From an uncultured Bacteroidota bacterium (lineage in GTDB: Bacteria > Bacteroidota > Ignavibacteria > Kryptoniales > JAKASW01), in assembly GCA_964603995.1 (NCBI GenBank), contig CAZRXH010000006.1, positions 1-61,404 on the forward strand: a DNA stretch of 61,404 nt. Direction: 5' to 3'. A program made the translations under genes and the position numbers. How positions within the stretch are numbered: the stretch's first letter is position 1; each line of letters opens with the position of its first letter. This document shows positions 19,804 to 30,366 of this stretch, piece by piece. Under the pieces are notes generated by a model that did not search any database, was not told where the DNA came from, and saw only the letters and a program-made list of their open reading frames with translations.

Positions 19804-22203
19804 ATGTTTGTCTACGGCTTAATCTTGCTACTTGGAGCCCAAATGGGATTTAATACGAACAGCACCGAGAATGCAGACGCATTGGGGAAACTGACCAAGA
19901 TCCAGAAGTCCCAGTACGAAATAATTGCTGACTACGAGTCTGGAAAGGCAAAGCTGCAGGGCTTCAAATCCGGGATTTTCCATCTGACGTTTGAACGGGG
20001 TGACGATGAAAGAAAATCATTTGCGGTTGTCGAGTCTCCCGAAGAGCTGTCACGTTTCAAGATGGACGTGGAACGGGAGAGAGTAACGGTGGATTTCCCC
20101 AATGGCTCCATCGAATACTCTCCGGAGACGATGAGATTGAGGCTCCTGTCCCAAAGCGGCCAGGATTTGTTCGATCTTGATAAGATCGAGTTCAGTGACA
20201 CGGGTCTCGTGGCAGGGTTTGATATACACAAGGCACGCTACTTCTATGGGCTGGGAGAAAAGACTCTTCCCTACAACAGGTACGGGACGCGCTGGACGAT
20301 GTGGAATTCGGATTTCCCCGCGTATGGTGTGCGGTTTGATCCGCTTTATGAGAGTGTGCCGTTCCTTCTCAAGGCAGACTCCAGCGGAGCTTATGGGCTC
20401 CTCTTTGACAACACGTCGCGCGCGAACTTCGATGTCGGCGCGACGGAGCCTGACAGTCTCATTTACGAGGCGCGGGCTGGCGCGTTTGAGCTCTACGTAA
20501 TAACAGGCAAGAATGCGGCGGATGTCGTCCGGAAGCTCGCGGACTTGACCGGCAAAATGCACATGCCGCCGCTTTGGTCGCTGGGGTATCAGCAGTCGAG
20601 GTGGAGCTATTATCCGGAGTCAAAAGTTCTGGATTTGGCGCATGGCTTTCGCGAGAACAGAATCCCCTGCGACGTGATCTATCTGGACATCGACTATATG
20701 AACGGTTACAGATGTTTCACATGGAGCCCGATAAACTTCCCGACGCCGAAGAACATGATCGACACGCTGCACAGCATGGGGTTCAAGCTCGTTACCATTA
20801 TCGATCCGGGAATCAAGGATCAGAAGGGGTATGGAGTCTACGACAGCGGAGCGAAGAAAGATATTTTTGTGAAGATGCCGAGCGGGAAATATTTCGTCGG
20901 AAAGGTGTGGCCCGGTGAATGCGTCTTTCCTGACTTCTTCAACAGGAAGGCGAGAGATTGGTGGGGCCAGCAGTACAAGTATCTCCTCAGGTACGGAGTC
21001 GACGGGTTCTGGAATGACATGAACGAGCCGAGTGTGTTCGATACTCCGAACAAGACTTTTCCTCCCGATGCAGTGCATAGACTGGACAGTGGTACGGTGA
21101 TGCATTACGAGGTTCACAACGCATACGGGATGCAGATGGCCCGCGCAACCCGCGAAGGACTCGAGAAGCTTGAGCCGGACAAGCGCCCATTCGTCCTCAC
21201 TCGTGCAAACTATGCCGGAGGACAGCGCTATGCTGCGATGTGGACCGGAGACAACTTCGCGAGCTTTGCACATTTGAAGCTTGCTCTCGCAATGTTCCTA
21301 AATATCGGAGTGAGCGGCCAGCCGTTCGTAGGAAGCGATGTGGGAGGGTTCATCGGGAACCCGAGCGCTGAGTTGTTCTCGCGATGGCTGGAACTCGGAT
21401 CGTTCACACCGTTCTTCAGAACGCACAGCGTTAAAGATTCAAAACCCCGCGAGCCGTGGATGTTCGGTCCGGAGTACACAAAGATAAACCGCGCGATAAT
21501 CGACAGGAGATATGAAATGCTCCCCGAGATCTACGCGGCGTTCCAGGCTGCGCATGAAGACGGGCTCCCGATCATGAGGCCGCTGTATCTCGACTTCCCG
21601 GAGGACTCGGAAGCTTATAAGATCTCTGACGAATTCATGTTTGGCAGCAACCTTCTCGTTGCACCGGTTCTTGATTCCGGTGTTGTCAAGAGAGATGTGT
21701 ATCTGCCTGCCGGGAATTGGACGAGTATTTATGACGGACTGGAAATCTCCGGCGGATGGCATGAAGTGGTTGCCCCGCTTGGGGTGACTCCCGTATTCGT
21801 GAAGGAAAGATCGATACTGTTTACTCAGAGCTTGATTCAGTCCACCAACGAGCAGGCGGACACTCTGTACCTTCGGGTCTACGGCCAGAAGTCTGCCAGT
21901 GGCTATGCGTACTTTGACGATGGGGAATCATACGCGTATCGTAACGGTGACTACATGAAAATGAAGGTTTCATTTGCGAGGACAGGTTCCGGTGCCGAGT
22001 TTAATTTTGCGAGTGACGGCAGATTCAAGCCGGGTTACAAACAGATTGCAGTGCGTCTCTCGGTGAGTGGCGCTCTCCACAATGCGGTGGCCGAGTCGAA
22101 CGACGGGACCACGGTCAAAGGTGTGATTACCAACCTTGGCGGAGATCTTGTCCAGGTCACATTCCCGTTCGACGCATCGATTCGCACCATTCACCTGGAA
22201 TAG
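19804..22203 (+). CDS. Glycoside hydrolase family 31 (alpha-glucosidase-like), probably exported
   Basis: FWNDMNEP nucleophile, WTGDN acid/base, GSDVGGF, IMRPL; hydrophobic N-terminus. Confidence 0.93.
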   Translation: MFVYGLILLLGAQMGFNTNSTENADALGKLTKIQKSQYEIIADYESGKAKLQGFKSGIFHLTFERGDDERKSFAVVESPEELSRFKMDVERERVTVDFPNGSIEYSPETMRLRLLSQSGQDLFDLDKIEFSDTGLVAGFDIHKARYFYGLGEKTLPYNRYGTRWTMWNSDFPAYGVRFDPLYESVPFLLKADSSGAYGLLFDNTSRANFDVGATEPDSLIYEARAGAFELYVITGKNAADVVRKLADLTGKMHMPPLWSLGYQQSRWSYYPESKVLDLAHGFRENRIPCDVIYLDIDYMNGYRCFTWSPINFPTPKNMIDTLHSMGFKLVTIIDPGIKDQKGYGVYDSGAKKDIFVKMPSGKYFVGKVWPGECVFPDFFNRKARDWWGQQYKYLLRYGVDGFWNDMNEPSVFDTPNKTFPPDAVHRLDSGTVMHYEVHNAYGMQMARATREGLEKLEPDKRPFVLTRANYAGGQRYAAMWTGDNFASFAHLKLALAMFLNIGVSGQPFVGSDVGGFIGNPSAELFSRWLELGSFTPFFRTHSVKDSKPREPWMFGPEYTKINRAIIDRRYEMLPEIYAAFQAAHEDGLPIMRPLYLDFPEDSEAYKISDEFMFGSNLLVAPVLDSGVVKRDVYLPAGNWTSIYDGLEISGGWHEVVAPLGVTPVFVKERSILFTQSLIQSTNEQADTLYLRVYGQKSASGYAYFDDGESYAYRNGDYMKMKVSFARTGSGAEFNFASDGRFKPGYKQIAVRLSVSGALHNAVAESNDGTTVKGVITNLGGDLVQVTFPFDASIRTIHLE

Positions 22204-22603
22204 CAGTGGCACCAAGTCATCGCTCCGACAAGTGCGATCTGCCGATCCATTTCTGAGAATGGAAACGTGCATTTGAAGGTGTTTCATTGCCCGATCGTTA
22301 CATCCCGCGCCTCTACCATTACTCTTCTGTAACCTTGGCGCTTTTCCTCCCTCAGAAGTCTCGTCCTGAATTGAATTGGGCCCTGTTTTACGGCACAGGA
22401 TTTGGGCTTTTAACTGAAAGATGCAGGGAAATTGAATTGAAGGCATTCGAAGACATATCTTCCCCAAAGCCGAGGGACGCTGCGAATTTCCACATATTCA
22501 GTGGATTGGAACTGCAATGTGTGGAACTTGCTTTCAGCAAAGGTGATTCTTGAAAACTTACCGGTGGCCGAGAGTTAAAGCGCTCGAGAGACTGCTCGGC
22601 AGA

Positions 22604-23554
22604 ATGTACAGCGCCAAATGCATTTCATATCTAGTGTCCGTTCTTCTTACGATTTTGCTTCTGCCGTGGGTTGCTTCTGCACAGAATCCGGCGATCACAT
22701 TGCTCAACGGTCTGTCGTTCGGTACGGTAGTAACCAACACGACTAGTACAATTGCTCCGTCTGATCCAGGAGCGGCTGAATTTGAGGTCCAGCTTCCGAG
22801 TTACAACAGCAATGTCAACATATCGCTCACGTTCAGTTTACCCGCAAATCTGAAGTCAGGAGGCAAGAGTGTCCAGGCCACATTTGGGTCTAATTCGGCG
22901 GCATGGAACACTACAAACTCGCTCTCCGGAAGTACTTCATTTGATCCTAGATCGGGGTACTCAAGCTCCCTTTATTCTAGTTCACCAGTTACTATCTATG
23001 TGTGGATCGGGGGGACGATCAGTCCTCCCGATGGAGCATCTGCCGATAGTTACACGGGTACGATAAGTGTAAATGCTACCGCCACAACATCCGGCTCGGG
23101 CAAGACTGGCAGCAACCAGGCGAGTCTGGACATTCCCGAAAGCGCGACAATAATCAAAGGGCTTTCGCTGATGGCGAGTGGGTCACTGGATTTTGGTTTG
23201 GTTGTTGCAGGGACGACGCCGCCCTCGCTGAGTCCTCAAAGCGGAAGTGCTCCTGTGATCACCGCCGCCGGCAGCAGTGGCCACCAGGTTACTGTGACAT
23301 ATTCCCCAGCAACAACTCTGACTGATGCAAACGGCCATACGTTGACGTTCACACCGAGCGTCTGCGGCGCCGATGTTTCCGGAGATCAGGCTGTAGCAGC
23401 TTCCGTCGTCTCAGGTTCAAGGGTGACTCTCAGCGGAGGCAGCCAGGGAAAGGGATATTACTATCTCTGGCTCGGAGGAGCGCTGGCTCCGGTACCGACC
23501 GACCAACCGTCCGGCAATTACAGCGGGACGTTTACATTGGCCGTGAGTTATTGA
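22604..23554 (+). CDS. Secreted two-domain DUF4402/SCPU-like pilin or tip adhesin
   Basis: Signal peptide (ASA|Q); two Ser/Thr/Gly-rich beta domains, each with L(S/D)FG, ending YTGTISV and GNYSGTFTLAVSY. Start uncertain (22550 or 22604). Confidence 0.7.
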   Translation: MYSAKCISYLVSVLLTILLLPWVASAQNPAITLLNGLSFGTVVTNTTSTIAPSDPGAAEFEVQLPSYNSNVNISLTFSLPANLKSGGKSVQATFGSNSAAWNTTNSLSGSTSFDPRSGYSSSLYSSSPVTIYVWIGGTISPPDGASADSYTGTISVNATATTSGSGKTGSNQASLDIPESATIIKGLSLMASGSLDFGLVVAGTTPPSLSPQSGSAPVITAAGSSGHQVTVTYSPATTLTDANGHTLTFTPSVCGADVSGDQAVAASVVSGSRVTLSGGSQGKGYYYLWLGGALAPVPTDQPSGNYSGTFTLAVSY

Positions 23555-23593
23555 AAGATTTGGAAGTGGCTCTTAATCACTTAAATTAACGTC

Positions 23594-24415
23594 ATGAAAA
23601 AAACGCTATCCGCGCTGCTGGTCTTGCTTTTCGTCACTGTGGCTCGGGCGCAGGTGATTGTCGCGCCGACACTCCTGTTCATGAGCGACCAGTCCCGCTT
23701 CGGGACTTTCGTGATCATGAATCGCTCGAATTCACCTCAGGAAGTCACCATCTCGTTCAAGTTCGGATATCCGGAATCAGACTCACTTGGCAATGTGAGA
23801 ATGCAGTACGACGACAGCCTTATGGCAAAGGAACACTCCTGCCAGGATTGGTTAAGAGGGTTCCCTCAGAGGTTCATAGTCAATCCCGGACATCAGCAGG
23901 TGGTTCGTCTCCTTGTCACCCCTCCGCAAGACATTCCGGATGGCGAATACTGGACCAGGCTGGTCACCAGTTCAACGCCACAGGCAAAAACTATCGACGC
24001 GGTCACGAGCGGCATCACAGCAAACATTACTTTCGTGCTTCAGCAGGTGACAACAGTCATATACAAGAAAGGTTATGTCAACACGACGGTCAACATTCCC
24101 GAGGTCCGTGCTGTCCCTGATTCCTCTTCGATGAATCTGATGGCGCACATAACTCGCGGCGGTAATTCGCCTTTTTTGGGGAGGCTGTCAGTTGTTGTGA
24201 AAGACCGGGCAGGAAACACTGTCTACTCCAATGAGGAAGCTCTTGCAGTTTACCCGAGCGACATGGTGATGAAGTTCGCGGTGCCGCTTTCCGAATTGAG
24301 GAGCGGTACCTACTCTGCGGAAGTCAAGTTAGAATCCGAAAGGAACGATATCCCATCTGACGATCTGCTGAGGGTCCCACCTGTGGACAAGACGGTAACC
24401 TTCATCATCCAATAG
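23594..24415 (+). CDS. Periplasmic pilus chaperone (PapD/EcpB-like)
   Basis: Signal peptide ARA|Q, VAPT..., FPQRFIVNPGHQQVVRL, PDGEYWTRL. Confidence 0.78.
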   Translation: MKKTLSALLVLLFVTVARAQVIVAPTLLFMSDQSRFGTFVIMNRSNSPQEVTISFKFGYPESDSLGNVRMQYDDSLMAKEHSCQDWLRGFPQRFIVNPGHQQVVRLLVTPPQDIPDGEYWTRLVTSSTPQAKTIDAVTSGITANITFVLQQVTTVIYKKGYVNTTVNIPEVRAVPDSSSMNLMAHITRGGNSPFLGRLSVVVKDRAGNTVYSNEEALAVYPSDMVMKFAVPLSELRSGTYSAEVKLESERNDIPSDDLLRVPPVDKTVTFIIQ

Positions 24416-24468
24416 CCATCCGGCTGTTGGCGGATCTGCCAGGTTTCGTGATCCAGGCTTCCAGTTAG

Positions 24469-27400
24469 TTGAACGAACGAAAGACGCGGGTGTGTCGCAT
24501 CAGTGCACGAAAGTACCTCTGGGTAGTATTTCTTGTTGAGTTGCTCGCTGTCTCCAGCAGAGCGCAGGATGTCGCCCAGAATCAGGAGACGCAGGATATC
24601 TACCTGTCCTTCAATTACAGTGGATTGGTCAGCACTGTAATTACGGGATTGTATTATCGGGATTCTGTCTTTATCCCTATCAGTGACGTCTTCAACCAGC
24701 TTAGAGTAGAGAACAAGGTCGATATCCGTGGGAAGACTCTGAGAGGTTTCTATATAAAGCCATCGGATAAGTATGAGATAGACTTTGGGACCGGAATTGC
24801 TGACGTAGGAGGGCGAGTTATCAAGTTCGATACATCGAAAGTAATAGTCGGGCAACTGGACTTCTATGTTCTGCCATCATTGTTTGACAGACTATTCGAC
24901 CTGGAATTCAACGTCGATTTCAACTCCCTTTCCATGGCGCTCAGTACGACGCAAGAATTGCCGGTAGTGAAAGATTATCAGAGGGAGAACAGTAGGAATT
25001 ACCTTGTTGTCTCTCCACAGGCGGGCCTCATCCAGGCTCCGCTGAAGTTTCCGCAGCAGCGGTCTCTGCTGAACGGAGGAATCCTTGACTATTCGCTATC
25101 AGGTTACAATGTGGGGGGCCAGTCGGCGTACAGCTATCAGTTGACAGCTGGGGCAGAAGTTCTCGGTGGCGAAACAGAGTGGGGCCTCCTTGGTAGCATG
25201 AATAAGACGAGCTCGATCATATATTCCAGCAACTTCAGCTGGAAGTATGCTTTCGATTCAACGTCCTATATAACCTACGCCGAGTTGGGAAACATCTCCT
25301 CGAATGGGTTGACAGAATATGGCTTCCGAGGTGCGCAGATCTCCAACCAGCCACTCACCGTGAGGACTCTATTCAGTGAATACGTTGTCACCGCCCAGAC
25401 TAAGCCTAATTGGGAAGTTGAGCTTTACCTGAACGGTCAGCTTGTGGAATACAAACGAGCCGACGCGCAGGGAAGGGCTGAGTTTTCTATCCCTCTCGTA
25501 TACGGTACGTCATTTCTCCAGATTAAGTATTACGGTCCTGACGGCCAGTTCAACGAAACAGACAGGAGGCTCCAGATACCATACACCTTCATGCCTGTCG
25601 GTCAGCTTAACTACACGGTCAGCGCCGGAAAGCTCGATAACACCGACGAGAACCTCGTTTCAGCCAACGCAATGTACGGAGCGACTGATTGGCTGACTGA
25701 CAAGGTCGGGATGGATTACCTGGACAGCCCGCTGTTTTCCAGGCCGCTACTATATAACTCGCTGTATCTGCGGCTCAGTCCTGAGTATATGTTGAGCATC
25801 GATGCGGCACCATCAGCATATTACACGTCCACGTTTAATGCGCTCTATGCTTCGCAGGCTGCATTTGATTTGTCCTACTCTCGCTACGACCGAAATTCAC
25901 TGTATAATCCGAGTGAGAAATCGCAGGGCGTTTCAGGAGATGCTTATGCGCCGTTCTCCCTGGGTGACGGCAGCTTCAATATCCGGGTGGCCGGAACCGC
26001 TGATCAGTATGTCAGCGGCCAATCTTCCTATACTTACTCAGGGTACCTGTCTGCAAGCTTGTCTCAGCTCAACGCGTCCATCGGATATCTGAGATCGATC
26101 ATGAAATACAGTACCGGAGAGACTTCCCGCAGTCTCACCTATACGGGATCGCTGCTGTACTCTTTAGCTTTTCAACAAGGTGGCTTTGACTTTCTGAATG
26201 GCACACTGATAAGTCTCACGGGAAGATACGGAGTATTGAGGAACTCGCTCGATGACATTTCGCTGCAACTCTCGAAGAGCGTGCAGCAGTACATAAGGGT
26301 CACGATCTCAGCCGAAAGAGACTATGTTAACCATGCTACCAATTTAAATCTGCAGGTCATAGCTGATCTTCCATTCACGAGAGCGACGGCGAGTGCCCAG
26401 GATGAGAATGGTGCAGGATGGTACACGGGGAGTCTCAGTGGCTCCATCGGGTTCGACAGTAATTACGGAAGCTTTCTCTTCAACGATCTGGGGTGGGTCG
26501 GACATTCTGCGGCCTCTATGAGGATGTTTGTCGACTCAAACGGCAATGGGAAGTATGACAAGGGAGAGGAAGTCATCCAGGACGGCCAGGTTGGTTTGAG
26601 ACAAGCTACGTCGACAGTAGCTGCTAGCAACGGCATCATCAGAGACTGGAACCTCCTTCCGTACACTCAGTACAGCGCAGACGTGGATGTAGGTTCCATC
26701 AGGAACCCTCTCTGGATTCCAAGAGAGAGATCATTCTCCTTCATAACAGATCCGAATTCCTACAAAAGAATCGACATACCGTTTTTTGTCGGCGGAATAG
26801 TAGATGGAACCGTTCTCCGGTTGGAGAAGGGACACCTGATTGCCACTCCAGGATTGAATCTCGAAATCAAGTCGGACTCCGTGGGGATCAGGAAAACCGT
26901 CAATGTCTTCAATGACGGTAGCTTCTACTATATGGGCCTGCCTCCGGGTGATTATGAAGCATATGTAGACTCCAGCCAGCTCGCATCGCTTGGAGTCTAT
27001 TCGGATCCGAAGATCCTGCATTTCACTGTGAAGCCGACGAAGAACGGAGATTTCGTCGAGGGACTGAAGATAATCCTGAAGACTCGCGGCGAGGCTGCGA
27101 CAGCTCAGCCTGCCAGCCCCAAAAGCACAGTGACGCCGCCGCCGAAGGCCGAAGCCCGCCAGACCAGATATGTGGTGCAAATCGGCGCTTTCGCCTCTCG
27201 CGAGCGCGCCGCAAGACTCGCAAAGTGGGCAGGAATTATGACAGGGTATATGCTGGAGGTGCGGTTCAATCCCCAATCCGGATTCTATGTCGTTCAGAGT
27301 GACACATTTGAGAGCCGCCGGGGCGCCTTGGGCAGGCTTGGTTTGTTCATCAACAAGTTCGGGTTCTCCGATGCGTTCGTCACTTCAGCCAAGGACAGCA

Positions 27401-27888
27401 CCTTGCACTATAACTACTATGTCCAAGTGGCCGCTCTTAGATCGACCGTTTCCGCAACGGAGTTCGCAGCCAGGATTAAGAGAGAGACCGGGCTTTCTCC
27501 GATCGTTCAATTAAAAAGATCAACGCAGCTCTACTCCGTCATGGTCGGTCCATATGGGTCAAAGCAGGAATCCGAGAAAGTAGCACAGCGGCTGAAGAAG
27601 AGGGAAGTCTGCCGCGACGCCTTCGTGGTGGTCGACGGTGAGCGCGACGTTCCCCGTATGTACACGGTCGTACTTGGGACTTTCTCAAGCGAGGATTCGG
27701 CGAAGCGGTTCACAACTGTCTTCCGCCAGAGAACCGGTCTCATGGCGCTCGTGGGATTCGATAGACAGGAGTCAGAATTCAGAGCGCTCACTCCGACCTT
27801 CAGGACTTATCGCGAAGCGCTGGCTATCCTGAAAAAGATAAGATCCTTCAGCCAGTATTCTTCCGCTGAGATCGTATCTTTTCCATAG
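24469..27888 (+). CDS. Usher-like outer-membrane protein with C-terminal triple SPOR domains
   Basis: Signal peptide, beta-rich body with VELYLNGQL...KYYGPDG plug-like motif, FVDSNGNG Ig-like domain, Pro/Ala linker, three SPOR repeats (YVVQIGAF, YYVQVAAL, YTVVLGTF). Confidence 0.75.
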   Translation: MNERKTRVCRISARKYLWVVFLVELLAVSSRAQDVAQNQETQDIYLSFNYSGLVSTVITGLYYRDSVFIPISDVFNQLRVENKVDIRGKTLRGFYIKPSDKYEIDFGTGIADVGGRVIKFDTSKVIVGQLDFYVLPSLFDRLFDLEFNVDFNSLSMALSTTQELPVVKDYQRENSRNYLVVSPQAGLIQAPLKFPQQRSLLNGGILDYSLSGYNVGGQSAYSYQLTAGAEVLGGETEWGLLGSMNKTSSIIYSSNFSWKYAFDSTSYITYAELGNISSNGLTEYGFRGAQISNQPLTVRTLFSEYVVTAQTKPNWEVELYLNGQLVEYKRADAQGRAEFSIPLVYGTSFLQIKYYGPDGQFNETDRRLQIPYTFMPVGQLNYTVSAGKLDNTDENLVSANAMYGATDWLTDKVGMDYLDSPLFSRPLLYNSLYLRLSPEYMLSIDAAPSAYYTSTFNALYASQAAFDLSYSRYDRNSLYNPSEKSQGVSGDAYAPFSLGDGSFNIRVAGTADQYVSGQSSYTYSGYLSASLSQLNASIGYLRSIMKYSTGETSRSLTYTGSLLYSLAFQQGGFDFLNGTLISLTGRYGVLRNSLDDISLQLSKSVQQYIRVTISAERDYVNHATNLNLQVIADLPFTRATASAQDENGAGWYTGSLSGSIGFDSNYGSFLFNDLGWVGHSAASMRMFVDSNGNGKYDKGEEVIQDGQVGLRQATSTVAASNGIIRDWNLLPYTQYSADVDVGSIRNPLWIPRERSFSFITDPNSYKRIDIPFFVGGIVDGTVLRLEKGHLIATPGLNLEIKSDSVGIRKTVNVFNDGSFYYMGLPPGDYEAYVDSSQLASLGVYSDPKILHFTVKPTKNGDFVEGLKIILKTRGEAATAQPASPKSTVTPPPKAEARQTRYVVQIGAFASRERAARLAKWAGIMTGYMLEVRFNPQSGFYVVQSDTFESRRGALGRLGLFINKFGFSDAFVTSAKDSTLHYNYYVQVAALRSTVSATEFAARIKRETGLSPIVQLKRSTQLYSVMVGPYGSKQESEKVAQRLKKREVCRDAFVVVDGERDVPRMYTVVLGTFSSEDSAKRFTTVFRQRTGLMALVGFDRQESEFRALTPTFRTYREALAILKKIRSFSQYSSAEIVSFP

Positions 27889-28113
27889 TCGAGTCTATAC
27901 GGACGGAAAGATTCCTCCCCACTTTCTTTTCTGTAAGCATTTCTTACTTTAGAGTCGGAAAAAATGACATATCTAAGAGGGCTTGCCGGATTTGTCATGT
28001 TCCCGACGTGGGGCGTAATCGGTTGCATCGCAATAACTTACAGAACATGACGGGATCCGGTCGGATGAAAACCGAGTTTGGCATCGTCTTCGTGGCATTG
28101 ATGCCTGAAGACG

Positions 28114-28473
28114 ATGAGAAAAGACAGATACATAACCCTTCTATTGGCCCTGGTGGCCGTTCTGCTCTCTGTCTCAACATCAAGAGCCCAGGGCACAGCC
28201 ACCGTGACAGTGACATTGATCGTGCTGCCGCCTCCCCAAATGAGCTTCACCACCAACACAACGCGCAGCAGCGGCGTCTCAGCGGTCAAGGACGGCAGGA
28301 CCTCGTTTAATCAGGGGATGACTCTTGAGTCACACGGCAACGTGATGGTACAGCTGAGCTCGGCCAAGTCCCGGAACACGAGATTCAATTTCAGTCAGGG
28401 TGAGATCAAGACATTCACTCCGCGTGAGTTGAAAGGTGTTTCCAAGATTGAGGTCGAATATCTCGACAGTTAG
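28114..28473 (+). CDS. Small secreted beta-rich protein, possible pilin subunit
   Basis: Signal peptide SRA|Q followed by alternating TATVTVTLIV strand; downstream of the usher. Confidence 0.55.
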   Translation: MRKDRYITLLLALVAVLLSVSTSRAQGTATVTVTLIVLPPPQMSFTTNTTRSSGVSAVKDGRTSFNQGMTLESHGNVMVQLSSAKSRNTRFNFSQGEIKTFTPRELKGVSKIEVEYLDS

Positions 28474-28596
28474 TGTCGGCATTCGTCTAACGATCGCTCA
28501 TATATTTTAGTGCGAAGGTTCTGCGATTGCGCTCTTGATTGCGAGTAATGGCACTGACGATTAAATATGGCAGGAAACACCTACCGGATACTGTAA

Positions 28597-29463
28597 TCAC
28601 ACCTGAGCGAGTCCCTCAAAACATTCCTTGAACACCTTGTCGCGATCTCCTCGCGGCACTGTGCGGTTGATCAGCGGGTATAGGATCAGCTCCTCTTTCT
28701 TGTTGTGAACCGCAAGTTTCGCTATCAGCGCGTCAACGTTGGAAGATAAAGTCCGTTCGTCCAGACGCTCTGCGGGTGTCGAGATCAGTGAGGTGATTTC
28801 ACGATGCTCGGCTATCATTACCTGAACCGGACCCGTTTGCTCACGGGTTGCATGTTCTTCGAACGCTGTGAACAGCACGTTTTCTTCCATCTCAATGTGC
28901 TTCAGGAGCTGTGCCCTTGTCTTCGAGTAGAATTCTTTCATGCGGGCGGAATCGGCAACCGACATGCGCAGCCGGGATATGTTGAGGTCGATTCTCTTGT
29001 GGTCGTATTCGAAGAGCGACCAGACATCGGCCTTTTTCTTTTCGGCTTCTATTTGGTGCGCTTCAGTTATCAACGATTCCATTTCTTGTTCTGTTATTCT
29101 CTCTTTGAGCCTTGGCATCAGCGTGTTCTCTTCTTCTCCGAAGTGCTTATTGAGAAGAGATATGAAATTCTCTGTCTCCGATGTAAGGGTATGCAAATCT
29201 CCTTTGCTGAAAGACGCATCTATAACATCCAGGCTGTGTTTGATTTCTTTGTGCTCACGGATCATTCCGTTCACGAAGTCTGCATCGTCGTCTGCGGTGT
29301 AAAGCGTCACCTCTTCTGCTTCAGCGTGGGAGATGAGGTATTCGCTGCAATAGGCAAGCAGTAAGGAGGCCTCCGCCGGGTCTTTTTTCGTGCGCTCGGA
29401 TAGTTCCTTTATTGTGCCGATTAGCTTTTCGTGGTGCGCATGTAGTTTCTCTGAAGGTGTCAT
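28597..29463 (-). CDS. Tandem hemerythrin/HHE-domain protein
   Basis: Two repeats of H...HxxxEE...H...HxxxEE (HAEAEE, HFGEEE, HIEMEE, HNKKEE). Confidence 0.85.
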   Translation of the reverse strand: MTPSEKLHAHHEKLIGTIKELSERTKKDPAEASLLLAYCSEYLISHAEAEEVTLYTADDDADFVNGMIREHKEIKHSLDVIDASFSKGDLHTLTSETENFISLLNKHFGEEENTLMPRLKERITEQEMESLITEAHQIEAEKKKADVWSLFEYDHKRIDLNISRLRMSVADSARMKEFYSKTRAQLLKHIEMEENVLFTAFEEHATREQTGPVQVMIAEHREITSLISTPAERLDERTLSSNVDALIAKLAVHNKKEELILYPLINRTVPRGDRDKVFKECFEGLAQV

Positions 29464-29518
29464 GTTTGCTCCTTTGGTGAAAATGGTTTGAGTAATTCAC
29501 TCTGAGTCTCGTCGTTGG

Positions 29519-29917
29519 TCAATGTTGGACAGAGCAATCTTCGATATGGAGATCTATGTTGTGCGACATCATATCCGCCGGGTCATTGCTCAAATGGATC
29601 TCAACCAGATCGCCTTGACGGACACGTATCATCGGCCCCGGAACTGTTCCGTTGAATGTCCAGAACGGATACTGAACTCCGTCGGCGAGTCTCCCGATCT
29701 TCTCTTTTGTGAAAAGGTGAACGATGACCTTGGTAGGATGATCACGCGTGATCGGAGGTGGAACGTTCGGAGCGGTCGTCAGGATGGCGTTCTCCGATCC
29801 CTCTATTTCATTTGAGTTGTCTGACTCGTGGCCTGAATAGATCAGTGCACCTGTGATAATCAATGCGGTTGCGACCACTGCTGAAACCACGGCCAGGGTT
29901 CTGAACTTCTTTTTCAT
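29519..29917 (-). pseudogene. nirK: 5' fragment of copper-containing nitrite reductase
   Basis: [41 protein letters not shown], then 8 unrelated codons and a stop; no room for the rest of the gene. Confidence 0.85.
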
Positions 29918-30366
29918 TTTTGCTGCTCCTCTCTGGGACGTTCCGCCGATTTTCGGTCAAGGACGTCTTCATTGAAACTGGATCTTTCTATTATATTTCG
30001 GATGATTTGCTCTGAAATATTGGCAAAAGAAAAGGCATGGCAAATCCTTCCAAATCGCGTCGTTTTCAATTGAATTGTTCGTTAATAGCATATATCGGAC
30101 TATTTTATCTTAATATAACCGAAACTGAAGAATCTGTCAAGTGGGGGCGGCTGTATAGCAGGCAGACTTCAGGGATTCTCTTCTCGCAGATGAGGTGGTC
30201 GCTTCCCGGCGGAGGCGTGGAGTCGGCAGAGAAAAAATCCGAAATTGCCTCCGCCGCCTTGCGGGAGTCTATTTCTGTTGGCCGGCATGAACCAGGATCC
30301 CGCCGGCGCAGAATAGCTTCGGGTATGAGCATACCCCTTACAGAAAATCCGGCAGGGGAGAGCTGG

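Noticed and set aside
29920-30130. FNR/DNR box upstream of nirK
   Set aside because: I found no convincing TTGAT-N4-ATCAA match by eye.
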